64,000 bases of DNA, taken from contig JAUGWO010000011.1 of assembly GCA_049724395.1 (NCBI GenBank), positions 1 to 64,000 on the forward strand, in the 5' to 3' direction. Each line of letters begins with the position of its first letter. Within the stretch, counting starts at the first letter, position 1. The DNA comes from Spongospora subterranea f. sp. subterranea (Eukaryota). The translations under genes were made by a program, and so were the position numbers. This document shows, piece by piece, positions 1 through 11,479 of the stretch. The notes beneath the pieces are model-generated. The model ran no database searches, had not been told where the DNA came from, and worked only from the letters and a program-made list of their open reading frames with translations.

Positions 1-1305
1 TGTTTGCAGAAAACAATAGGATTCTGGCAGAAAATGGATGCCGTAAACGCGTTCAACACACGTGGAATATGATTGCTCAAGATCTTTGTGGAATTGGGCC
101 AGGAACAAGCGAAGGAAACACGTTCACTCCCAATACAGATTCTGTCGCAAACAGGGGTTGAACAAGGGACCATCAAATTGCCAACGCCGCAAACACAACC
201 GATTAAAATGGTACAGTCCAGCAATGGGATTTACAGGTCAGAGGGGGGCGGTTTCTGACGGATCTAGCGCGATTCCAAAATGAATGTGAGTTGCTGATTT
301 TGGCAACTCAACCAGTTTGCTGCAAAATACCCAATACCGGGCAATATATCGATATATCTTCAAGAAATGGGCTGAATGGGTCCAGTTATATAATAATCAC
401 GACAGGATTTTACTGAAAACACATCAACTACAGTTGGCCGTTGGGGTTCATCTCATAAAGTGTCCGATATATTTGATTAGGGTCATTGTGGCAGACAGTG
501 ACCTACGTTCATGGATCTTAGCTATCCCGCCAACGATTGTTGATACCAAACCCACATGATGTTTTGGTGTGGAACGTCAACCCATTTCAAATTCTGTTCG
601 GATCTGTCGATATCCCAAGACATAGCGGAACAGTTATCACTTGAACTCCTCTCAATCGCAGAACCCCCTTTCATCACGGTTCGACCGCATCGCTTGACGA
701 TTCCACCAATCTATTTGAAGAAAACAATCGATTGGTTCTGAGGTCGAAGCCTTACTGGTTGAGCTGATACCAATCGGTAAACCTCATTTCCCTATCCCCG
801 TCGACCGGAACAACAGGTTCCTAACCTATGGCGCTTCTGACCTATATTCAACGGCCAACGGTATCGATTTCCAATTTTTCTTAAGAACGGCTGTTTTTTT
901 TCACTTTTTAACTAATTGTTTTCGCATTTGTGCTCATTTGTTTTCGGTTTGTCTTTCTGGATATCGTTCCCATGTTCTGACACTAGTTCTCAGTTGAATT
1001 GTGCGGTTTCTTCTCGTGTGATTGACATGATAACTGGACCGTATGTGAGTTAACACAGGCAGAATCCACTATCGCTAGAACAGAAGCAGCCAAATCAGCG
1101 CTCGATGTCAGCGACTTCATGGACGATCTGTGACGTGATCTGTCGACATAATTATATTCAAAGGTGGTAAATTCAGTGGCAAAACTGGAGCGCTTCAATT
1201 GGCCTGTTCAGAAGGCACTGCTTCTGTCCCCAAAGAATGTGCACTATAGCGATTTGTAGGGCTTGAAATAGTTTACGGATAACTTCAAAACAGACAACAA
1301 AACAA

Positions 1306-1377
1306 GGCTTAGTGGTCTAGTGGCATGATTTCCCGTTCGGGTCGGGAAGGTCCCGGTTTCGATTACCGGCTGAGCCC
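1306..1377 (+). tRNA. tRNA-Pro (anticodon CGG)
   Basis: 72-nt cloverleaf: acceptor GGCTTAG/CTGAGCC, D-arm TGGTCTAGTGG, anticodon stem TCCCG-TT[CGG]GT-CGGGA, T-arm CCGGT-TTCGATT-ACCGG; matches the eukaryotic tRNA-Pro consensus; no encoded CCA. Confidence 0.95.
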
Positions 1378-1382
1378 TTTTT
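1378..1382 (+). terminator. RNA polymerase III oligo-T terminator
   Basis: TTTTT immediately after the tRNA discriminator base. Confidence 0.7.
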
Positions 1383-1469
1383 GGTGCTTCAGTTTTTTGA
1401 GGCGTTTCGAACCTTTTGCTAATGTTTTATGAATTGCATGGATAAATATGATGAATGCTTTCCGAGAAG

Positions 1470-4136
1470 TTAAATGCTGGATGCAGTGGCGATAGCTATA
1501 CGGTCGGGGTCGATACCACCCTGATCCCCAAACACTGCTGGTGTACCGCCCTCGATTTCTACAACTACTGATTCTTCGATGTCATTGACGACCGTATAGC
1601 GACGTTGATCCGGCAACGAGAGATTCCTGAACTTCTCATCCATTCCATCAAGTAGAAGTTGTCGATCCGTATCGGCCATGATCATGGCGACATTGTCATG
1701 AAGAATATCGTCAATCAACGGCAGTCGAATCATATTTGATGGCAGTCTTTGCATCAAACAAGCCATGCGTTCTACTTTCTCTATCTGTTGCGCATTTCGT
1801 CAACCCAAAGGTGAAGAATTCAACTTGTTGCCTTACGTGAGCAACGACGTTGGAGTTAGATTCAGCCGTGAATAGCTGGGCAACTGTTCGCCGAGTACGA
1901 GGCATATCACCTAAGATCATGAACGCAGAACCAATGACATGAGCCGCGTTGCCAATAGCAACTGATTCGATCTGCTGCATCAGAGCTGCAGGATTAATTG
2001 TGCGGAAATAATCCAAAATGCGCTCTCCTTGAGCGATGTAATCGAACAGCGGTTTCTGGCGTGAAGCTGGGCAAGCCACAGCTTTGGACCAGCATTTGCG
2101 CCAGAGGTTATTGACGCCTGACATTCGTCTTGATAATCCTTTCCCCTCGACCCAATCATTAGGGCTATACCTGTAACTTTTTTGTCAACAAACAGACAAT
2201 CGAGGATACAGTGAATACCGTTACCAGCGAATAAAATCTTCGAGTACGCATGCAGGATTCGCCGCTTTGAATGCAGACATATCTGACAAAAGGGACGCTG
2301 ACTGCATTTCCGCGCGAATACTGCTAGACTCATGATCTGTTCCAAGGCCGGCCATTAAAGCATGTTGCGCGTCAACCTAGAATTGGTTTCTTGAAAAATG
2401 CATTTGAAAAAATGCTCAATATACACTACCTCATCTTCCGTCATCAACGGTGATTCCAGTGTTAATGGCACATGCATTTGCTGACCCCCTTCAAGAAGAA
2501 ACATGTCGGAGAGGAAGATATCATGATTGATTCCTTCAGGAACTGCTGCGACATCAGCAGAACCACGGCTATCGCCAATAATAGAAGAACACTCTTCAAG
2601 ATTTTCGACGCCACTATAACCATCAAAGTCGACCCAGTCGCTAGCACGTTGGGCACTAGGGGAAATCGTTGCCGAAGCTCGATTCTCAATCGCCACAGTT
2701 CTCAAAGAAATACAATGTGCTAGAACCTGAATCTTTTGATAAAGGATGCAGGTTGCACAGATCAGGAATAGCTTCACTAGGATCGGATATGGGCAGTTTC
2801 AATGGTAGAGCTAAAAAATTTGATACGTATTAGCCAACAGCCAAGAGAGCTTCATGCCTTACCGTGATCCCAATGTCTCTGGAGTTCATTCACAAACGCA
2901 TTGTACAGCTGCGCAATCCTATGGGGTTCGTCATCTGGTTGCTGAGCCATGACCAAAACGAGCTTTGAGAGAATCGATAAAAACGGGCATGATTTTATGG
3001 AGCTCGTGCTGGCCATGGCATATGATCCCAAGGCATCTGTTGAAAAGATATCATGAACCTGATCATCGAGAATATAGAGCGGCGTGAAACTATGGTCCAG
3101 TAGCGCAATCGCCTGTACCGACTCAAAAGATGAACACTTTCGACATATTGACAGGAATTGACGCAAACGTGATGATAGACTCACGGTTAAACCGGGATCT
3201 AAATAACTCGTGACCAATAGAAAGGGAGAGCCAACAATTCCTAACCTAGACGGCAAAACAATCGCCATATTGGAGCACTAATCGGGATTAAGTCGGAAAA
3301 GATAGAGTCGCTAACAAAGGTTCCCTCTGGAAACGGTGTCCAATGTACATCGAGATGGAATAATAACCGATGGGATGACGTTGAACCCCAACATGTGTTC
3401 GTGTCGAGATGTATACCACCGCAAGGTGCATTTGGGGGCAGCATGAACTGTTCATCTCTATAGGAATATTTGACGGATACCATAGGGAGTGATTTTGCAT
3501 CGATGCGACAAGGAAACATCTCGTTAAAGAACCCCAATACACCAGAGAGATTGCGTAAACTCTGAGGAATATCCCAATCCCTCATCTCGACCTGGCACAA
3601 AAATTAACAAAAAACGAAACGGCATTCATTTACAAAGGAAGACCAACGTGATAACGAGTTGACAATGATCGGCCAATGAACGACGAATCACCCAGGCTGA
3701 TAAAAACAGGAAGGGGGAAAATTGATGAGGAGGCCGCCATACATGCCGACGAGAGGACGTATCGGGCGTGTTTGTCGATAGGAACTGGCGAAATATGGCG
3801 AATAGATAGCACAATATACTGAGGGAGACGAAGCAGGCCGATCAGATCGTCCTCCTCTCCGTATTTCTGGACCAGATCCGAAGAGCAGCTGAGGTCGATA
3901 TTGACATCGATATTGGCGAAGGAGAGTTCTCTATGATACGACGAACGACCGTCCGATATCGGCAGAATCTCGTGAAAAACGTCATCAAATAGGACAATTA
4001 GTCTAATGATTACAGTCAATGTACACTTCAACCCTAACGATTATCCCATGTTCAAGAACCTCTCCAGATTTGACGCAATGAAAAAATCCTCGATCTCAAA
4101 AATGTCCTCTGGATCGTTCGGTGGACTATCCTCCAT
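1470..4136 (-). CDS. RAB3GAP1: Rab3 GTPase-activating protein catalytic subunit (multi-exon)
   Basis: N-terminus MEDSPPNDPEDIFEIEDFFIASNLER. C-terminal motifs MHVPLTLESPLMTEDE, SASLLSDMSAFKAANPACVLEDFIRW and NLWRKCWSKAVACPASRQKPLFD are typical of Rab3GAP1. Exons are joined by short GT-AG introns. Confidence 0.88.
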
Positions 4137-5040
4137 TATATGTCGCTGATAACAAACAATATATCCCCCTCACCAAAAACCGTCCCAAACCCGTTCATGA
4201 CCCATGATATGTGTAGTATTTAATGGAAAACATTCAGTTCCGTACGAAAAAGACAGGCTCTGGCACAGCCCTATTTGACGCAGCCCTCTGACGCAGCAGC
4301 CCTACATGGCGCAGCCCAGTGACCCTCCGACCGACAGTCTATTTACTGCAGCGCGGCCCTGTCTATGTACTCGAAAGCAGTCCCATAACATGTCGATGAA
4401 ATTGAATTCACAATGACACTTGGGAAAACAATTGATTGAGAAACCAGGTTCAATCGTGACTGCTTCCTCTAGCCATCTTTTTTGTTCTTGAAATTCCGCT
4501 GATTACCGAGCGTTTTTCGAGCATCATCAAGCCAGAACCCCTCGCTGGTTCGTTCCTGTAAAATAGTCCTGATTTCTTTGGGAGCGTTTTCTGCAGATCG
4601 CATAGTTTGAAAAATCTTCTCCCCACTACGAAAAAACCACACACATCGCATTGTCGGAACATTTTTGCCCCCGTCTGTTAAATTTAGGCGACTTGCGACC
4701 AGAGCATCAGGAGGTTTGGCTTGGTGGTTCATGGAATTGTCGAAACAGGGTCACTGCTGGCATTGACAGTTGTCGTATTGGCTACTTCCCTCGAATACTT
4801 GAAGCATTCAGCGCGTTTTCAGAACAAGTTCACCCAGATTGTGCTAACGATCGCCGGCGTTCCTTCCGAAACGGGGGAATGTGTCGAGCGGTATTGATCC
4901 AGTGTCGATAAATCATTGACCGTTTTATTCTTATAAATACGCCATATCGTCATGAATCCAACTATTTCGTACCAGTTGCTGTGGCAAGTCGTTTAACGAT
5001 TGGATAATCCATTGAGCCGCAAGCTCTCTTGAAGGAGGCT

Positions 5041-6744
5041 TGATCGCAGATTGTCCTTGAAAAGATTGACAGGTCGCCGGTGCTGCCATTAGCGTTTCCT
5101 TTCCAGCCTTGTAGATAAAATCGAGTACTTACTCGACGCGTGCAGCAGACCATTTGAAATTTTTGAAAAGTCTGTTGGGTACTTCGGCTTCGTCAATCAA
5201 ATCTCTACGGCGATGCATTCTGTAGGCATCGTTGATTAACCACCATAAAAATTGACCTCAGAACAAATCTGGTCTCGAAAGGCAAATTTGAGAGAGGAAA
5301 GGACACTTGCGCCAGATAATCTGTTCCATTTTTGTCTTGGATCAAAGCGATTGAGAAGAGTGTTTGAAGGTTTTGACTGGTTATCGAACTGCGATTACGT
5401 ACAGTTACATTGGGGCAGCGTTGGATTGACCCGCCACCTTGACTTTTTTCGACGCTGCATGGCCTAGTAATGGTGCTTCTGGCTTCACCCAATGCTCCTA
5501 ATTGATTCTGATTCCTAAGCACCGCTCCACCGTTTTATGACTACAATATGTCAGGAGAGCGGTGCTAGGCTGCGCCTTCATGCCCCAACATCTCATGAAC
5601 TACCACCCGTATTATTCAGAACTCCAACTCCAGGCCTCCACGGCTGCTGCTCCCTTTAACAAGGCCAGACGGCATAATTATGTAATCGACGACATCAACA
5701 ACAGTGATGATGACCTAGATAGTGATGGACAAGGCTTCGACAATGAGGTCAGAGCATTGGGTGATGCCAGATGCTAACCATAAAGTAATTGCAGTGTCGA
5801 AAAGTCAAGGTTGCGGGTCAGTCCAACGCTACTCCAATGCAATTGTACGCAATTGCGGTTCGAGAGCGTGGTGATCAAAAGGCCCGCAAAGTGTTGAGGT
5901 TTTATATCTCTTGGCCAAGCATTCCTTCACTATTCCTTCTTCCCTTCACAAATAGGATGACCGTTTATCATCTTATCTACTGATCCAACCATCATCAAGG
6001 CTCCTGCGAGAATGGCGATTGAAGATGCCGTTTTCGCCATGTTTTATTCTGTTACCGCTGGGCGCCGATGCTACGAAATGTTCTAACAACGGCGCTTTGT
6101 TGCACTGCGACCATGGCTGCATACATAATCAAATTTCATCCGGCTGCTCAAAGATTTCTTGAGCGCGCAGGCGTCGTTGACGTTATGATTTTTCCTTAGG
6201 AAAACCTCTCTTATCAATTCTCAAAAAAAGGCATTTCTGTCCGCGCTATCGAGCCTTGCTGATGATCTTGTGCTTGCGTGGGCCTACAACGTGGACATCG
6301 CGCACAACGTCGTATTACCACAATGGATTAACGAAACTGAATCAGATATCATCAAGTCACATTACAGATTTGGCGAATGGAGGTTGACTGAATGGACCGA
6401 TGAAACCAGTCAAAACCTTCAAGCACTCTTCTCAATCGCTTTGATCCAAGACAAAAATGGAACAGAATATCTGGCGCAAGTGTCCTTTCCTTTCTCAAAT
6501 TTGCCTTTCGAGACCAAATTTGTTCTGAGGTCAATTTTTATGGTGGTTAATCAACAATGCCTACAGAATGCATCGCCGTAGAGATTTGATTGACGAAGCC
6601 GAAGTACCCAACAGACTTTTCAAAATTTCAAATGGTCTGCTGCACGCGTCGAGTCAGTATTCGATTTTATCTACAAGGCTGGAAAGGAAACGCTAATGGC
6701 AGCACCGGGGACCTGTCAATCTTTTCAGAAACAATCTGCGATCA
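5041..6744. repeat. Inverted repeat, ~340-bp arms (5041-5382 / 6404-6744), ~1-kb spacer
   Basis: The arms are reverse complements with scattered substitutions. Near-identical peptides (SQNLQxLFSIALIQDKNG..., MVCCTRRVS...) appear on opposite strands in the ORF track. Confidence 0.92.
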
Positions 6745-7493
6745 GTTATCCAGATTCGGTATTGGCCTCAAACTTTCTATTGAGGCTCAGCGGACCAACA
6801 ACCTTGGCGCAATCACAGCTTGGTCTCTCTCACTCCTGTCTAACTCTATGTACACACGTACAAAACTCCGGTTGGGCGCACGGTACAGTACGGATTAATG
6901 TACTCACGAAAAACACTGCGTGAGGACGGTAACTGCACTAGGAATCCGATCGTACGCGATTTTGAGGGGAGTCAACTCCCGAACGGTTGTAATATCAGTA
7001 ATTGAATTGAAAGTTCAATTGTGAATATTGAGATCTCCTAAACGATCCGGCTGTTAAACATGGGGTTCACACATGTTTATTCAAATTCCAAAAATAGCAG
7101 CCAGTCGGTTGACTGGAAATTCTGAAGTTCCGTCTCGAATACACATCGAAATTCGTTTCTTCGTTCCAAAACATTTTCATAGTTGTTCGCAACACAAAGC
7201 TCATAATTCTCGTTATAGTTTCGGCGTTTTTCATCATGGATCTCGCGCCTCCAAGCTGCCAGGCCATTAAAGCTGTAATTCAGGTTGAACATCTGCGCTT
7301 TTTCCCTTGGCGGATTTTCCCTCGCTCCCCAACATGATCTCGTTTCCGCTGTCAACCAGCTCTCTAACTTGAACAAATAGAGTTGAGGTTGCCACTTTCT
7401 CTTCAAATCAATTGCATATCGTCGGAATTGGGCAAGTCTAACGTAAAGCGGACAGTATCGCAGTAATGGCAACGTAAGTGCAATATTTTCGCC

Positions 7494-9507
7494 ATGGTTG
7501 TCGTCCGGGCAACGAGTTCGTGCGGAGTCCGCTCCGCAGAACGAAACTCGGTTCGTGTCGCTGAGGATCGCCAACCCGGCAGATCTATGTGTGATCGGCC
7601 GCCGTCGCCAATGTCGCCGTCGAAACGCGCTCGCCATCTCATCCGCCTATCTGGCTCCGAGGTGGCGCTATTCGACACCATCACTGACGTCATCAAACAC
7701 TTTCGGTTGACGACGGTCGTCCGAGTTGCCGGAGGATGGGTTAGGGATAAGGTTGAGAACCCCGTCCAATGAAATTCGTATTCCTCATCTAGATCTTTGA
7801 CAGCTTCTGGGATTCGATTGCAAAGATATCGACATCACCGTGGATGATATGAACGGGGTTGCGTTTGCCAAGACCATCACCAAGTACTTGGAAGAAGTTA
7901 AAGGCATCAACTGGCAACCCATTCGGGTTTCTTGGCGTTATCGCTTACAGTTGATTCAGGGGAACGGGTCGGGCGCATTGGTGTGATTCAGGCTAATCCG
8001 GATCAGTCGAAGCACCTCGAGACGGCCACGTTTTCCTTTCACGGTCATGATATTGATGTGAATAGCTTGAGGACCGAGGTTTATTCCAACACCAGCCGAA
8101 TTCCTGTCATTGTATGGGCAGTTTTCATCTTCAATACCAACGATAACGTGTCAGGTCTTTTAGGCTCTCGGTTCCGCCTTCGAAGACGCAATGCGGCGCG
8201 ATTTTACGATCAACTCCATGTTTTACAACTTGAACACGAAAGAAGTTGAAGATCTAACGAAAAAGGTTCGTGAATGATGGCAATATGTCTCATCTCAAAT
8301 TTCAAAATGCAAAGCCCAGGGTATTGCTGATCTTTCCTCCCGTATTATTCGTACGCCAATTGACGCCATGCAAACGTTCAAAGATGACCCCCTCCGCGCT
8401 TTACGAGCCATCCGGTTTGCAGGAAGGCTCAATTTTTCGTTGTGTTCCGAATTAGAACGGGCTCTTAGAGACAAAACTGTTCAGGTTAGAACCATATCTT
8501 GTGGGTTAATTCCACTATCAACGTGGGACGCTTTTTTAGGGCAATTTGTTTCATAAGGTCAGTCGAGAACGCGTCGGAATAGAAATTAACAAGATGTTTT
8601 TTGACCCATCGTCTAACCCAATTCTATGCGCTCAACATTTGATTCGCTATGAACTCTATCATCCATCGTGTTTCGCCTTGCCCGATGGGTTCTCTGTAAA
8701 AGAATGTTCAACTCGTTCGTATGATTACATATCGCGAGCTGAAGGGTATGTTCATTTGTATTCCTGCCAATCTGTTAACAGCAATTTCCCAGATACCTCA
8801 GCTCCTCTGACATCAAGATCGATCTCCACACTAGAAGGTTGATTTTGTTTTCGTGTTTTTTGAACCCATTTGTCAAAGAAATGCATCCTGGTCACCGGAA
8901 TAAGCCTCAACCATTTCTTCGGCATATTATTGTCGACAATCTGAAAGTTGGTGTTAAATTCGTCCTAATCCATCAACTAAACATCAACGTGGTTTAGTTA
9001 TCGATCGACCATTACAAGCAGATATCGCATTTGCTCGATAACGCAGCCGCACTTTCGTCCATTACAAGTGAATCCTGGGAAGATCCCATTCCCGACGCGA
9101 AAGTAGTCAAGATTGGGAGAGCACTGAAAGCCATGGGACCTAAATGGAAATTGGTCAGGCGACATCCTATTCGTGTTTCAGCCAGCTTATCTTCACATTC
9201 AGGTATTCCATGTTGGTTCAATTCTTCACCCGGAGCAAAAAGCTAATCAGGATTCCCTACTGGAGTGGCTTCAATCATCGGACCTGAAAAACATTCATAA
9301 TTGGCAACCGTTGCTGAACGGCAAAGAGATGATGCAGTTGTTAAAAGTTAAAGGCAAAGAGGTAATGATTCCATATTGGGCACTCTCCGGTACTGATTCG
9401 TCCAGGTTGGAAAAGTGTTGGACAAACAGCTCGACTGGCAGATTCTCCACCCTCATGGAACGTCGTCTGAATTCATCGACTATATTAGCACACAAATGTC
9501 CGACTAG
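7494..9507 (+). CDS. CCA1: CCA tRNA nucleotidyltransferase, class II (multi-exon)
   Basis: Motifs VRVAGGWVRDK|LLG..DIDI, NPDQSKHLETAT, EDAMRRDFTINSMFYNL, TFKDDPLRALRAIRFA, KVSRERVGIEINKM; last exon ...DYISTQMSD* ends at 9507. Confidence 0.93.
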
Positions 9508-10094
9508 GACCGCTTGCGCCATTCTCCTTGTCTGAAAACACTTTACCTATCACAATAAATATATATTCTACATACGCCAACAAAGGAGATATATCCCTGT
9601 TTGTTCTCATTTCTTTCTCTGTCTGTCCAGGCAATCGCCCGTGACGTGCCTGCGTTCTGAAGTGCAAAGGAGTGTATCCACCATTACCCCGAATTGTGGG
9701 ATCGGCACCGTTCTTAAACAGAACTTGGGCGACATCAACACTGGAAAGAAAGGATGATGTCCCTTTCTGGGTCTAACCAACCTAATTTTCAAAACCGGTT
9801 TTGATCTTCGCTATCATTTTCGAAAGCTGATTGTTCTGAATTACGCAACGACGGTGCCACACCTGATCCCGTACTGGTGTCTTTGAAAAACCGGCGATTA
9901 CTGAAGCATCTAGCAGCGTGTGTTTTTTTGTTCGTCGCACGGTGTATCGGTTTCGCCGGTCAATAATGTTCTTCGAAAGTGCTGAAGTTGAAAACTCAGA
10001 GTCCCACATGTTCATATGTTTTTCTCGAATCCGCGCAGGAGTTTTCCGATTTCCGTTGCCTGCAGGCCTCGCTGCTTGGATGGCCATTCTGATT

Positions 10095-10311
10095 GTTTTA
10101 CAACAATTTATTAATGAAAGAGGCAAGCCCACAAGGGTACTCAGTCATCAATATTAACAAACGAGATCCCAAATCAAACCATTCATACCCTTTACTACAG
10201 TTTTACTACTTCTTGCAAATCTTGTTGCAGTTCTGAAGGAAAGAATGGGATGATAAAGGGTATGAATGGTTTGATTTGCTTAGCGATGGGATCTCGTTTG
10301 TTAATATTGAT
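10095..10311. mobile_element. Short Penelope-like C-terminal relic with local inverted duplication (10147-10194 / 10254-10311)
   Basis: Peptides FYNNLL...QGYSVININKRDP (+) and INKRDPIAKQIKPFIPFIIPFF (-) resemble the IIPFVIPF segment at 45237-45281. The inverted arms are directly visible. Confidence 0.4.
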
Positions 10312-10319
10312 AAACGGAT

Positions 10320-11190
10320 ATCGGTGCAGTGTATAGCTGTCCAGTGTACGATAACCAATGGTAGATGTCAGGTTGGCCGTCTTTCCAACACACCCCCTCA
10401 AACTGACATCTGTCGTTCCGATTGCAGATCTGCACCATTTGAACTTTTCAGTAGATATAAGTTTGGTTAAATAGTCGGCAGTCATCCATTCTGTTTGACA
10501 ATATTCGAGCTGAATCGTTTCATCTTCGATTTTGTCTTTGGTGAAGTGATACTGGACTTGAATATGCTTTGTTTTCGCGTCTGTTCTACGATTTGTCGCC
10601 ACAGATTGGCTTCCTTGGTTATTGCCGTAAATCGTGATTGATCCGGATCTATTCATTACTTCAGACAACAATTGTTGTGTCCAAGCTGCTTGCCTGGCTG
10701 TTGCACATTATGCCATATATTCCGCTTCCAACGCAGATAAATGCTGTTGATCGTTGCCTTTGGCTTTTCCATGCTACTGGACCATTGGACACCTTGAAGA
10801 TGTACCCACTGGTACTGCGGCGTTGATCCTGATCTCCTGCCCAATCAGAATCTGTTGATCCTTCAATGTCTTGGTCACCAGACGTTCATGAATGCATCGT
10901 ATCGGATTCTTGCCCAAAAGCTGCGTTTCAATCCATGAGCAATTTGTGGGTAAGTTTGCACAGAAGGTACAGTTACGTTCATGATCTTGAAAGGACGGCT
11001 TCATGCATACTCTTAGACGCAATTCCTTTATTGAAATAAAAGTACATCATTGCGATAACGCTGTTTGATTTCCTATACGGTTCCATGTGCTCAGAATTGC
11101 GGGCAGTTGATAGCTGTGACTCCAGGCGTTTGGTAGCCCAGATGGAGATGTCCTCATTCAGTACAGACCGATTAATGAGCAACTCGGTAT
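10320..11190 (-). mobile_element. Ty1/copia LTR retrotransposon 3' relic (RT end, RNase H, PPT, start of 3' LTR)
   Basis: DQRRSTSGYIFKVSNGPVAWKSQRQ and ITIYGNNQGS...KTKHIQVQYHF...LEYCQTEWMTADYLTK; purine tract TGAGGGGGTG (10391-10400) followed by TGTTGG at 10390; frameshifted. Confidence 0.9.
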
Positions 11191-11479
11191 GCTTGTGATG
11201 AAAGTGACCAAAACAGAGTCATCGCAATGATTACTCTTTATTCCAATAAAGCAATCGAGTGTTAAACAGTGTGCACGAGGTCATTCCAAGGTTTCGAGAA
11301 TCGTTGTGAGAGCCTTGTTTGGTCGACCGCAGAGGCGCATACACTCGACGTGTACACTACACAGTACAAACAGGTCTGATGTGTGTACACTGTATGTATA
11401 TTGTGTGCTCGTGCAGACATCAGACTGACCATAATGCAAGTACAGCTGCGGTCATCTGGAGATAGAAGGGGGTTTCCAC

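Noticed and set aside
1..1200. 3' part of a spliced + strand gene
   Set aside because: Some splice-like signals, but no recognisable domain or consistent exon chain could be built.
7077..7696. - strand ORFs overlapping the CCA1 5' end
   Set aside because: Antisense to a well-supported gene in GC-rich sequence, with no motifs.
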